Origin: an uncultured bacterium
GTDB taxonomy: Bacteria > Deinococcota > Deinococci > Deinococcales > Deinococcaceae
Length of the DNA: 62,274 bases
NCBI GenBank assembly: GCA_964430425.1
Contig: CAYSFX010000001.1
Location: 30,419 to 92,692, forward strand
Direction of reading: 5' to 3'
Part shown: positions 12,111 to 23,879 of the stretch, in pieces
How positions within the stretch are numbered: the first letter of the stretch is position 1
How the letters are laid out: every line of letters starts with the position of its first letter
Notes under the pieces: generated by a model
What the model was told of the DNA's origin: nothing
What the model saw: only the letters and a program-made list of their open reading frames with translations
Databases searched by the model: none
Made by a program: the position numbers and the translations under genes

Positions 12111-13145
12111 CTACGCGCCGATCACCTCGATCGCGCGCGCCAGCATCGCGTCGTCGATGTCGCGGTGCAGCACGAACCGAATGCGGTCGTGGTCGAGCGC
12201 GTTCGCCAGCAGGCCCTGGGCGGCCCAGGCGTCGGCCTTCGCCTGCGCCTCCGGAACGGTCGCGTACACCATGTTGGTCTGCACGGTGCTCAGGTCCACG
12301 TCGTGGCCGGCGTCGACCAGGGCGCGCGCCAGTTCGTGGGCGCGGCGGTGGTCCTCGGGAAGCTGGGCCGGGCCTTCGCGCAGCGCGATCAGGCCCGCCG
12401 CCGCCAGGATGCCCGCCTGCCGCATGCCGCCGCCCATCATCTTGCGGTAGCGGTGGGCCCGCCCGATGAAGTCGGTGCTGCCGACCAGCACGCTGCCCAC
12501 CGGCGCCCCCAGCCCCTTGCTGAGGCACAGGCTCACCGAGTCGAAGTGCCGGGCGATCTCGCGCGGGGCCACGCCCTGGGCGGCGGCGGCGTTCATCATG
12601 CGGGCGCCGTCGAGGTGCAGGGGCAGCCCTTCCTGATCGGCCACCTCGCGCACGCCGGCCAGCACCTCCTGCGGCAGCACCGTGCCGCCCGCCTTGTTGT
12701 GGGTGTCTTCCAGCGAGATCAGGCCGCTCGGCGACTGGTGAATGCTGCGCCGGATGGCGCGCCGCACGTCTGCCGGGTCGGGCACGCCGCCGGGGGCCGC
12801 CACGAAGCGCGGCACCACGCCGCTGAACGTCGCCATCATGCCCAGCTCCCACTCGTAGATGTGCGAGCCCTCGGCGCAGATCACTTCGTGCCCGCGCTGG
12901 GTGTGCACCGCGATCGCCACCTGGTTGGTCATGGTGCCGGACGGCATGAACAGCCCGGCCTCGAAGCCGAGCAGCCGGGCGGCCTCCTGCTGCAGCTCGT
13001 TCACGGTCGGGTCTTCGGCGTACACGTCGTCGCCCACCACGGCCTCGCTCATCGCCTGCCGCATGCGGGGCGTGGGCGTGGTGACGGTGTCGCTGCGAAG
13101 ATCGATGCGGAGGGCTTCGGTGCGGGCTGGGCGCGGGTCAGACAT
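12111..13145 (-). CDS. ltaE: Low-specificity L-threonine aldolase
   Basis: [39 protein letters not shown]. Confidence 0.93.
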   Translation of the reverse strand: MSDPRPARTEALRIDLRSDTVTTPTPRMRQAMSEAVVGDDVYAEDPTVNELQQEAARLLGFEAGLFMPSGTMTNQVAIAVHTQRGHEVICAEGSHIYEWELGMMATFSGVVPRFVAAPGGVPDPADVRRAIRRSIHQSPSGLISLEDTHNKAGGTVLPQEVLAGVREVADQEGLPLHLDGARMMNAAAAQGVAPREIARHFDSVSLCLSKGLGAPVGSVLVGSTDFIGRAHRYRKMMGGGMRQAGILAAAGLIALREGPAQLPEDHRRAHELARALVDAGHDVDLSTVQTNMVYATVPEAQAKADAWAAQGLLANALDHDRIRFVLHRDIDDAMLARAIEVIGA

Positions 13146-13166
13146 GCCCGGATGTTAGCTCATCGC

Positions 13167-13706
13167 TCAGGCGGACCGGACACCGCCGGTCGGCTGAAGC
13201 GGAAACGTCCGCACCTCGCGCACCTCGCCGCCCGACTCGCGGGTCAGGCTGATGGCCGACACCTCGAAGCGCCCTTCCGGAGCGTGCAGGGCCGCCAGTT
13301 CCAGTTCCAGTTCCTGCTGTCGCCAGGGCAGCACGCCCAGGGCCAGCGTCAGGTGCGGAATGTAGTCCTTCTGGTCGTAGGGCTGCGGCGGCGCGCCCGG
13401 CAGCGCCAGTGCCCGGTCGTGCAGCGCGGCCAGTTCCGGCGAGAGTTCGCACTCCAGAAAGACCACCCCCGGAAAGGTGCGCCAGCCCTTCACCCGCACC
13501 TCGAAGCCCTGCACGTCGCACAGCATCGCCCGCAGGGCCGCCACCAGCCCGTCCTCGCTGCTCAGGATGGGAAACGGTGCCCGCAGGTTGAGGTGCGGGT
13601 CACCGTAGGCCCTGACGCCCAGCCGGAGCTGCTGTCCGCGCAGCCAGCCGTCGAGGGCGGGGCTGGGCCACGCCACCAGGCCGTACAGCGGGCCGGGCCG
13701 GGTCAT
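13167..13706 (-). CDS. 2H phosphoesterase / 2'-5' RNA ligase family protein
   Basis: Two HxT-like motifs: PHLNL and PHLTL. Confidence 0.8.
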   Translation of the reverse strand: MTRPGPLYGLVAWPSPALDGWLRGQQLRLGVRAYGDPHLNLRAPFPILSSEDGLVAALRAMLCDVQGFEVRVKGWRTFPGVVFLECELSPELAALHDRALALPGAPPQPYDQKDYIPHLTLALGVLPWRQQELELELAALHAPEGRFEVSAISLTRESGGEVREVRTFPLQPTGGVRSA

Positions 13707-13707
13707 C

Positions 13708-14394
13708 TCAGCCGATGCGGTAGCGGCACTCGGCAGCCCCGCAGGCGATTCTCGTCTCGCGCACCACCGGCACGCGCAGCAGCTCGGTGTACAGCTTCAG
13801 CTCAGAATCACACATCTGGCCGTACTCACGCGCCACCTTGAGGGCCGGGCAGTTGCGCTCGACGAGGTACCACACGCCGTCTTCCTGAAACGCCTCGGCG
13901 GCGTATCCGGCCTCGCGCAGCTTCTCGGCCAGGGTCGCCAGCCGCTCCGGCAGGTCGCCCTGAATATCCGGGGCCAATCGGGCGTACAGCTCGGCCTGCC
14001 GGGCGCTCAGCACCTGCAGCACCGCGCCCTGCCCGAACAGGTCCTCGACATGGCGCAGCACGTCGCCGCACAGGCTGGCGTACGACTTGGGGAAGGTGCT
14101 CTCGCCCCGGTCACTCAGCACGAACACGTGCTGGGGCCGGCCCCGCCCGCCGGGCTTCTCGGTGCGCGACGACACCAGCCCCGATTCCTGCAGGTCGCAC
14201 AGGTGCTTGCGGGCGGCCGGCAGACTGATCTCGAGTTCCTGCGCGAGCGCCTGCGCGGTGGCGGCGCCGTGCCGTTTGACGAGTTCCAGCAGCCGTGACT
14301 TGGTGTTCTGGCTGCCCGGAGCCGTCAGGCCGCTGCCGGACGGGCTGCCGCCAGAGCTGCCAACCGGGCCGGAAGGTGGAGCGAGGGTGGGCAC
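13708..14394 (-). CDS. SufR-like wHTH transcriptional regulator
   Basis: N-terminal HTH with GRGRP; C-terminal NCP-X11-C-X18-C-X4-C cysteines; adjacent to mrp/apbC. Confidence 0.78.
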   Translation of the reverse strand: MPTLAPPSGPVGSSGGSPSGSGLTAPGSQNTKSRLLELVKRHGAATAQALAQELEISLPAARKHLCDLQESGLVSSRTEKPGGRGRPQHVFVLSDRGESTFPKSYASLCGDVLRHVEDLFGQGAVLQVLSARQAELYARLAPDIQGDLPERLATLAEKLREAGYAAEAFQEDGVWYLVERNCPALKVAREYGQMCDSELKLYTELLRVPVVRETRIACGAAECRYRIG

Positions 14395-14395
14395 C

Positions 14396-15457
<1,062 letters not shown>

Positions 15458-15585
15458 GCAAGGGTTGTACCGCACCACCCCGGCAGGGAGCAAGTTGAAG
15501 GATTACAAAGACGGCCCCGCAGACGCCTCCGGCGGGCCGAGAACCGGAGGCGGGAAGTCGTTTATCCATGCCTTATACTGCGAAA

Positions 15586-17433
15586 ATGAAGTCCATCGGG
15601 CCGTATGTCATCTCGGCCATTCCGGCTCCGGCGGCGGCTTACGACTCGTCCGGAACGGCGGCCGGAAAAGGCGGAGCACCGGGAGACCGGGCCGCCGACC
15701 GGGCCGGACAACCCGCGCCGGACACTGGACCCGTGTCGCCGGGGCGCGCCCTGACGCTGCACGGCGTCGACCGCCTGACCGGGATGCCGGTGCTGCTGCA
15801 CCGCCTGAACGAGTTCGTGGTGCCGGCCCCCCTGCCCGAGTCGGCCTCGCTGCTGCCGGTGTACGAGGTCGATGTCTGGGACGGTCAGCCGTACGCGGTC
15901 ACCGAACTGCCGCTGTCGGCCACTCCGGCCACCCACCCCGGCGCGGCGGCCCTCGGAGCGCTGCGGGCCCTGAGCGCGCTGCACGCCGCCGGGCAGGTGC
16001 ACGGCAACGTGAACGCCTCGCAGCTGTGGCAGGTGGGCCGCGAGGTGCGGCTGGCCGGAGCGGGGCTGCCCTGGAGCAGAGAGGGCAGCCCCGCCGCCGA
16101 CCTCGCCGCGCTCGGACAGGCGCTCGACAGTCTGGGGGCCCGCCCCGCCGCCCTCGACGGCCTGGAGACGCAGAGCGCCGCGCAGGCCCTGAGTACTCTG
16201 GAAAAAGCGCTACAGGGCCAGCGGCCAGCAGGAGCGGGGACTGCCCAACCGCACCGACCGGCTGGACTGGCCAGACCCGTGCAGGCAGCACCTCAGCCTG
16301 TAAAGGCATCAGAGACAGCACAAACGTCAGAGACACCGGTGCAGCCAGCAGCGAATCCGCCTGCCCTTGTGGCCGAGCCTAGTTCTTCGGCGGTGCCTGA
16401 GCCGGTCAGTCCGGCGCAACCACAGCAGCCACAGGCTCGACCAGACCGTTCCCAGGCCAAGTCCCAGACCAGCCGGAAGGCGGCGCGCAAGCAGGAACAG
16501 GCGGCCCGGAAGGCCGTGCCAGTAGCAGAGAGTGAATCGACCGACGCAGCGGTCAGGGACAACAGCGTCCTGGTCGTCCGGCCCATTCCTGCTCCAGAAG
16601 TGCCCCCGGTCTCCCCTGCTGAGGAACCCAGCGCGCCGGTCAGCTACCGTTCCGCCGGCGACATCATCGTGATCGGCGAACCCCAGACGCCCGGTCTGGA
16701 GACAGCGGACGAGCAGGAGACGGCCGCTGGCCCAAGTTCCGGTGCGGCAGAACCGCAGCGGCCAGCCTCGCCCCCGGTGCGGCTGATTCCGGCCCCGATC
16801 CGCATCGGCTTCGATGACGTGCCCCCACTGCTGCCCGACTGGAAGCCGCAGGGCCCGCGGGCACAAGCAGAGCCGCAGCCCGAGACAGAGGTGTCTGCCC
16901 CGCCTGTCACACCCCTGCCCACCTCCCCTGCGTTCGAAGAGCGTGGAGAACACGTGACGGACCCCACGCCGCCCGCCGTGAACAGCGTGCGTACCCAGCC
17001 GCTCAGGATCGGCTGGGAGGAAGACCACAGCTGGCGGGTGGTGAAGTCGGGACCGGAACCCCGCCGACTCCAGGCCCCAGTGCTGAGCGGCCGGAGCCTT
17101 CCGAGGTCGGTGATGATGGTGCTGGCCGCCGTGCTGGTGCTGGGCGGCGCGGCCTTCTGGTGGCGCGGGCAGGCGGCCACGCCCGCCGACGCCTGCTGCG
17201 CCCAGCGCTTCACGGTCAGCGGCAGCCGCCAGACGGTGAAGGTGACGCTGGTGAAGGCCCCGCCTGGCAGCCCGCTCACGCCCGGCGGCGTGGTCGGCAC
17301 GGTGCCCGGCACGCTGAAGTTTCCCGACGCGCCCGGAAACTACACCCTGAAGTTCGAGGCGGCGGGGCACCGCGCGCTGTCCGGCGTGGTGACGGTGCCG
17401 TCCGATCAGGCCTTCGACATCGTGCTGAAGTAA
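15586..17433 (+). CDS. Membrane protein: degenerate kinase-like N-domain, long Pro/Ala linker, TM helix, C-terminal PEGA-like beta domain
   Basis: Leaderless -10 TATACT 6 nt before ATG 15586; [11 protein letters not shown] and RLAGAG resemble decayed kinase motifs; [33 protein letters not shown]. Confidence 0.65.
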   Translation: MKSIGPYVISAIPAPAAAYDSSGTAAGKGGAPGDRAADRAGQPAPDTGPVSPGRALTLHGVDRLTGMPVLLHRLNEFVVPAPLPESASLLPVYEVDVWDGQPYAVTELPLSATPATHPGAAALGALRALSALHAAGQVHGNVNASQLWQVGREVRLAGAGLPWSREGSPAADLAALGQALDSLGARPAALDGLETQSAAQALSTLEKALQGQRPAGAGTAQPHRPAGLARPVQAAPQPVKASETAQTSETPVQPAANPPALVAEPSSSAVPEPVSPAQPQQPQARPDRSQAKSQTSRKAARKQEQAARKAVPVAESESTDAAVRDNSVLVVRPIPAPEVPPVSPAEEPSAPVSYRSAGDIIVIGEPQTPGLETADEQETAAGPSSGAAEPQRPASPPVRLIPAPIRIGFDDVPPLLPDWKPQGPRAQAEPQPETEVSAPPVTPLPTSPAFEERGEHVTDPTPPAVNSVRTQPLRIGWEEDHSWRVVKSGPEPRRLQAPVLSGRSLPRSVMMVLAAVLVLGGAAFWWRGQAATPADACCAQRFTVSGSRQTVKVTLVKAPPGSPLTPGGVVGTVPGTLKFPDAPGNYTLKFEAAGHRALSGVVTVPSDQAFDIVLK

Positions 17434-17477
17434 CCCGCCGCAGCGTTCCCCCGGGCCGCCGTGCCACAATGAGCGGC

Positions 17478-19010
<1,533 letters not shown>

Positions 19011-19020
19011 CGCTTCCGGC

Positions 19021-19890
19021 CTAGCGCCGCCCGAACGCGATGATCAGGGGCAGTTCGACGGTCAGGGGCTTCCCGGCGAACACGGTGCTCAGCTCGGCGA
19101 GGTGCCGTTCGCGCAGGTCGGCCCGGACCGTCGGAGACAACTCGCGCAGCGCCAACCCTTCCAGGCCGGCCTCGATGTCGTCCCAGCGGTCTTCGGGGCG
19201 GTCGAGCCGGTACGGTATTCCCTCCACGGCCGCCCGCTCGACCGTGAACCCGGCCTCGGTCAGCAGTTCGCCCGCACGCTCGGCACTCGGCAGACGGCCG
19301 ATCGGCGGGCCGGCCGCCTTCAACCCGGTCGGGGCCAGGGCGGTGGCCCACATCGCCGGCAGAGGGGCCATCAGGCCCGGGGCGAAGGCGCTGAAGCCCA
19401 CCCGGCCGCCGGGCCGCAGCACCCTTCGCCACTCGCGCAGGGCGGCCACCAGATCGGGCATGAAGAACAGCGCCGAGGCGCACAGCACCACGTCGAAGCG
19501 CTCGTCGGGGAACGGCAGGTGCATGGCGTCGCCCTCCAGAAACTGCAGCCCGGGCAGACCGTTCGCCCGCACACGGGCCTGGGCCAGCATCGGGGCCGAC
19601 AGGTCTAAGCCCACCACCTCACCGCCGACACCCACCGCTGTGGCCGCTTCCAGCGCGGCGGTGCCGGTGCCGGTCGCCACGTCCAGCACCTGCTGGCCCG
19701 GCTGGAGGGCGGCGGCACCGACCAGGTGCCGGGCCGTCAGGGTCAGGAAGCCCATCCGGTCGTAGGACCGGGCGATGGCTCCGAACGGATCGGGTATGGG
19801 GTGGCCTGTGCCGTCGGGGATCTGGGGCATGTTCACCTCGGGGGTCCGGCCGTGACCGGCCGACTGAAAGGAAACGGGAGTTGCGCTCAT
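19021..19890 (-). CDS. Class I SAM-dependent methyltransferase (UbiE-like fold)
   Basis: VLDVATGTG, GLDLSAPML, GDAMHLPFPDERFD, RVLRPGG; true start may be 19830. Confidence 0.85.
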   Translation of the reverse strand: MSATPVSFQSAGHGRTPEVNMPQIPDGTGHPIPDPFGAIARSYDRMGFLTLTARHLVGAAALQPGQQVLDVATGTGTAALEAATAVGVGGEVVGLDLSAPMLAQARVRANGLPGLQFLEGDAMHLPFPDERFDVVLCASALFFMPDLVAALREWRRVLRPGGRVGFSAFAPGLMAPLPAMWATALAPTGLKAAGPPIGRLPSAERAGELLTEAGFTVERAAVEGIPYRLDRPEDRWDDIEAGLEGLALRELSPTVRADLRERHLAELSTVFAGKPLTVELPLIIAFGRR

Positions 19891-19969
19891 GGTACTCCCG
19901 GGCGTCCCGTTCAGACCTCCGGCCGGGCGGCGGGATACCGTCCGGCACAGCGGCCTCTAGAATGCCTCC

Positions 19970-20518
19970 ATGAACCGCGCCGACGCCTACGCCCTGATGG
20001 TGCAGCACACGCCCAGCGCCTCTCTGCAGCGCCACATGCTGAACGTGGAGGCCGCGATGCGCGCCTACGCCCGGCACTGGACCGCCGAAGGCTGGAACGA
20101 AGACGAGGAACTGTACGCCGTGACCGGCCTGCTGCACGATTTCGACTACGAGCTGCACCCGGACGAGCACCCGAGCTGGGGCGTGTCGTACCTGCGGGCC
20201 AACACCGATCTGCCGGAAGAGGCGCTGACCGCGATCATGGGACACGCCGCGTACACCGGGGTGGCCCGCGAGACGCGGCTGGCCCAGTCGCTGTTCGCGG
20301 TCGACGAGCTGACCGGACTGGTGCAGGCGTCGGCCCTGGTGCGTCCGGACCACGACGTGAAGGGCGTCGAGCTGAGCAGCCTGAAGAAGAAATTCAAGAA
20401 CCGGGCCTTTGCGGCGGGCGTCAACCGCGACGAGGTCGAGCAGGGCGCGCAGGAACTCGGCGTGCCGCTCGACGAGCACATGCAACGGGTGCTCGACGCC
20501 ATGAAGGCGATGGGCTGA
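19970..20518 (+). CDS. HD-domain (HDIG-like) metal-dependent phosphohydrolase
   Basis: GLLHDFDYE, AIMGH, VDELTG, FAAGVNR; leaderless -10 TAGAAT. Confidence 0.88.
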   Translation: MNRADAYALMVQHTPSASLQRHMLNVEAAMRAYARHWTAEGWNEDEELYAVTGLLHDFDYELHPDEHPSWGVSYLRANTDLPEEALTAIMGHAAYTGVARETRLAQSLFAVDELTGLVQASALVRPDHDVKGVELSSLKKKFKNRAFAAGVNRDEVEQGAQELGVPLDEHMQRVLDAMKAMG

Positions 20519-20533
20519 CCTAACGGCCGCAGT

Positions 20534-21622
20534 TCAGGCACTTCCGACGCCTGCCCCCACCGCCTCGCTGACGTGCCGGAAGCCGTCCCGATGCAGCAGC
20601 CGCAGCAGCCCGGCATTGATGCGGCGCGGCAGCCCCGGCCCCGCGTACACCAGCGAGGTGTAGACCTCGACCAGACTCGCCCCGGCCAGGATGCGCGCGT
20701 AGGCGTCTTCGGCCGTGAAGAGACCGCCCACGCCCACGATCGGCAGCGTTCCCCGGGTCAGGCGGTAGGCCTGCGAGGTGAGCGCCTGCGAACGTGCGGC
20801 CAGCGGTCGCCCGCTCAGGCCTCCGGCTTCGGCGCGGTTCGTGTGCTTCAGGCCGTCCCGCGAGAGGGTGGTGTTGCTGATCACCAGGCCCGCCACGCGC
20901 TGCCCGGCCACCTGCAGGTCGGCCACCGCCTCGACGCTCGCGGCAAAGTCGCCCGCTTCCATGTCGGGCGAGAGCTTGACCAGCACCGGCAGGCCCGGCC
21001 GCAGCGCCGCGACCTCACCCAGCACCGCTCGGACGAGCGCCGAGAGTTCGCCCGCCGCCTGCAGCGAGCGCAGCCCCGGCGTGTTCGGACTGCTGACGTT
21101 GACCACGAAGCCGTCGGCGAGGCGGTACAGCGAGCGCACTCCGTCCACGTAGTCGCGGGCGGCCTCCTCGTTGGGCGTGTCCTTGTTCTTGCCGATGTTC
21201 ACCCAGACCGGCGCGTGCCGGGGCCGGCGCAGGTTGTGCACCATCCGGCCGCTGCCGAGGTTGTTGAAGCCCATGCGGTTGATGAGCGCCTGGTCTTCCG
21301 GCAGGCGAAACAGCCGGGGCAGCGGATTTCCCGGTTGCGGCCGGGGCGTGACCGTGCCCACCTCGACGAAGCCGAAGCCCAGAGCGGTGAACAGCGAGAC
21401 CGCCTCGGCGTTCTTGTCGAGGCCCGCTGCCAGCCCCAGCGGCGAGGCGTAGGCGCGGCCCCAGAGCGTCTGCGAGAGTGCCGGGTGCGGGCGCGTCTGC
21501 CCGGCCACCAGCCCGCTCACGCCGGGAATCTGCCCTGCCAGCGCCGCTCCCTGCATCGTGAGGTGGTGCGCCTGCTCGGCGTCCAGGCGAAACAGCAGCG
21601 GGCGGGCGAAACGGGAATACAT
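20534..21622 (-). CDS. pyrD: Dihydroorotate dehydrogenase (quinone), class 2
   Basis: AAGLDKN, GNPLPRLFRL, NRMGFNN, NVSSPNTPGLR, GGLSGRPL. Confidence 0.96.
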   Translation of the reverse strand: MYSRFARPLLFRLDAEQAHHLTMQGAALAGQIPGVSGLVAGQTRPHPALSQTLWGRAYASPLGLAAGLDKNAEAVSLFTALGFGFVEVGTVTPRPQPGNPLPRLFRLPEDQALINRMGFNNLGSGRMVHNLRRPRHAPVWVNIGKNKDTPNEEAARDYVDGVRSLYRLADGFVVNVSSPNTPGLRSLQAAGELSALVRAVLGEVAALRPGLPVLVKLSPDMEAGDFAASVEAVADLQVAGQRVAGLVISNTTLSRDGLKHTNRAEAGGLSGRPLAARSQALTSQAYRLTRGTLPIVGVGGLFTAEDAYARILAGASLVEVYTSLVYAGPGLPRRINAGLLRLLHRDGFRHVSEAVGAGVGSA

Positions 21623-21650
21623 GCCGTGCAGGATAAAGCAGACGCGCCGC

Positions 21651-23726
21651 TCAGCCGAAGAGGGTGCTGCTCAGGCGGCCCTGGCGGCGCGACTCGCGGC
21701 GGATCGCCTCCTGCACGAGGTCCATCGTGACCGGCTGGCGGTTGAGTTCGGCCATGAAGCTCGCGTTCAGGGCCACCGCCTTGATCAGCGCGCCCGACGC
21801 CTCCCAGCGGGCCAGCAGGGCGTAATCGAGGCCCTCGGTGGGCACGGCGGCCGGAAACACCCGGCGCCAGAGCTCGCTCCGGGCCGCGGCGTCGGGCTTG
21901 TTGAAGTTGAGCGTGAAGCGGATGCGCCGCATGAAGGCCGGGTCGATGTTGCCCGCGAAGTTGGTGGTCAGCACCGCGAGGCCCTGGTACGCCTCCATGC
22001 GCTGCAGCAGGTAGTTGGTGGTCAGGTTGGCGTAGCGGTCGTTGCCGCCCTGCACCTCGCCGCGCTTGCCGAAGATGCTGTCGGCCTCGTCGAAGAGCAG
22101 CACCGCGCCGCCCTCGTCGGCCGCGTCGAACACCTGCTTGAGGTTCTTCTCGGTCTCGCCGACCCACTTGCTGCTGACCTTCGACAGATCGACCCGGTAC
22201 AGGTCGAGGTTCAGTTCGCCCGCCAGCACCTCGGCCGCGAAGGTCTTGCCGCCGCCGCTCACGCCGCTGAACAGCACGGTGATGCCCAGACCCCGGCTCT
22301 GGCCCTCGTAGCCCCAGGCGCGGTACACCCGGTAGCGCAGCCGCACCTGCGAGGCGATCTCCTGCAGGGTCAGCAGGTCGTGTTCGGGCAGGACCAGCTG
22401 TTCCCAGCTCGCCCGGCTCGACACGTGCTCGGCCACACCCTGAAACGACTTGCGCCCCTCCTGGCGACAGAGCTGCCACAGCGTCTCGAGCACCTGCTCG
22501 GGCCGGGGAGTGGGCGGCTTGGCCCCCTTGCGGGCCGGGGCCCCCGCCTGCACCTCCAGCTGGCGCCGCAGCAGCTGCGCCAGTTCGGCGATGCGCGTGG
22601 CCGACAGCGTGAACTGCGTCACCAGTTCTTCGAGCGCGGCCACCACCGCCTGCGAGGGAAACAGTCCGAGCGCCTCGGTCCAGCACTGCACCTGCTCTTC
22701 CGGGCGCGGCTCGGCCACCTCCAGGGCGTACAGTCCGCGCGCCGGCCGCAGCCGCACCGGCTCGCGCGAGAACACCACCACCGGCGCCGGGGCCGACTCG
22801 CAGAGGGCCGCCAGCACCGTCTCGGCGCTCGCCTCCGGCCCCTCGCCGCCCGCCTCGGTCTGCCCGGACGCCCCCAGCCCCCCCGGGCTCAGCTTCTCCC
22901 CGCTCACCAGCAGCACGCCGCCCTGCAGCGAGAGGTCGCGCAGCAGCACGCTCAGCACGCCCTGCCACGATCCGTCGCGGCGCACCTGGGCGGTGACCGC
23001 TTCCAGGTCGAGGTGCCAGCAGGGACGCTCAGCCGACCCCAGCGCCTGCCCGACCTCCAACAGCGTGGTGGCCGAACGGCCGTACAGGTTCAGCACCGGC
23101 GGCCACTCGCCGCGCGTTCCGGCCGCCTGCAGCACCTGCTCGGCTTCGGTCAGCGCCGCCTGCTGACCGGCGGCGAGGCGTGGGCCACCGGTCACAGGGC
23201 TCAGCAGCGCCCGGCCCTCGCTCGACAGTTCCCAGTCGCCCTGCAGGAAGGCCAGGGCTCCGGGCGTGATCTGCACCACCGACAGGGCGTCGCTGCCGCC
23301 TCCCAGCGGCGAGGGGCCGAGGCGGATCAGCCCGTACTGCCGCAGCGTGCCGGAGGGCGAAAACGCCTTCAGATCGCCCCGCGTCTCGCCGGGCAGCCAG
23401 CGCCGCAGGGCGTAGGGCGTCAGGAAGGCGGTCATCGGGCGGTCGCTGAGGTTCAGTTCCAGGGCGCAGGCCGAGAGCATGGCGGCGGTCTCGAGTTCCA
23501 TCGCGGCGGCCAGCAGCAGCACGCCCGTCTCGAAGGGGGTCAGTCCGAACGTCTGCACCATCGCCTGCAGGGGCGTGCCGCCGAGGTCGCCTTGCTCCGG
23601 CAGGACGAGCGCCGGGTGGCCGTGTTCCTGCAGCTCGGCGATCTGCCCGGCCAGGTCCGCGCAGAGGTCGCCCAGGGTCAGGTCGGAGACAGGGTCCTCG
23701 GCGAAACTGGCGTCGGCGGAGCTCAT
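21651..23726 (-). CDS. AAA+ ATPase of the Afp15/Pvc15 (eCIS-associated) type
   Basis: C-terminal AAA domain: LFSGVSGGGKT, RVDLSKVSSKWVGETEKNL, LLFDEADSIFGKR, NDRYAN, YLLQRME, DPAFMRR; degenerate first AAA domain; leaderless -10 TATGCT. Confidence 0.85.
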   Translation of the reverse strand: MSSADASFAEDPVSDLTLGDLCADLAGQIAELQEHGHPALVLPEQGDLGGTPLQAMVQTFGLTPFETGVLLLAAAMELETAAMLSACALELNLSDRPMTAFLTPYALRRWLPGETRGDLKAFSPSGTLRQYGLIRLGPSPLGGGSDALSVVQITPGALAFLQGDWELSSEGRALLSPVTGGPRLAAGQQAALTEAEQVLQAAGTRGEWPPVLNLYGRSATTLLEVGQALGSAERPCWHLDLEAVTAQVRRDGSWQGVLSVLLRDLSLQGGVLLVSGEKLSPGGLGASGQTEAGGEGPEASAETVLAALCESAPAPVVVFSREPVRLRPARGLYALEVAEPRPEEQVQCWTEALGLFPSQAVVAALEELVTQFTLSATRIAELAQLLRRQLEVQAGAPARKGAKPPTPRPEQVLETLWQLCRQEGRKSFQGVAEHVSSRASWEQLVLPEHDLLTLQEIASQVRLRYRVYRAWGYEGQSRGLGITVLFSGVSGGGKTFAAEVLAGELNLDLYRVDLSKVSSKWVGETEKNLKQVFDAADEGGAVLLFDEADSIFGKRGEVQGGNDRYANLTTNYLLQRMEAYQGLAVLTTNFAGNIDPAFMRRIRFTLNFNKPDAAARSELWRRVFPAAVPTEGLDYALLARWEASGALIKAVALNASFMAELNRQPVTMDLVQEAIRRESRRQGRLSSTLFG

Positions 23727-23798
23727 GGCTACAGCATAGGCGCTGGCCGCTGCGGGGCGCTCCCTTCATGTTCGTCCGCGCCGCTCACGGGCCTGATC

Positions 23799-23804
23799 TA
23801 TAGT
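23799..23804 (+). promoter_or_regulatory. Candidate -10 box (TATAGT) for the effector/immunity operon
   Basis: TAnnnT in the 153-bp divergent intergenic region; AAGGAG RBS at 23866-23871 ahead of ATG 23880. Confidence 0.5.
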
Positions 23805-23879
23805 GAATGTCAGTCGCCGTTCCTGCCTGATCGCCTGATCGCTACGCCCCTGCGCCACCCCTGCCAAGGAGCCCGCCGC

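Noticed and set aside
16200..17000. Foreign insertion suggested by more A-rich codon usage
   Set aside because: The frame stays open and encodes a Pro/Ala/Glu disordered linker. The composition shift is explained by relaxed constraint.
21558..23879. 1470-aa ORF 21558..25970 as one giant protein
   Set aside because: The first 774 codons are the antisense shadow of the AAA ATPase. The real gene starts at ATG 23880, behind an AAGGAG RBS.
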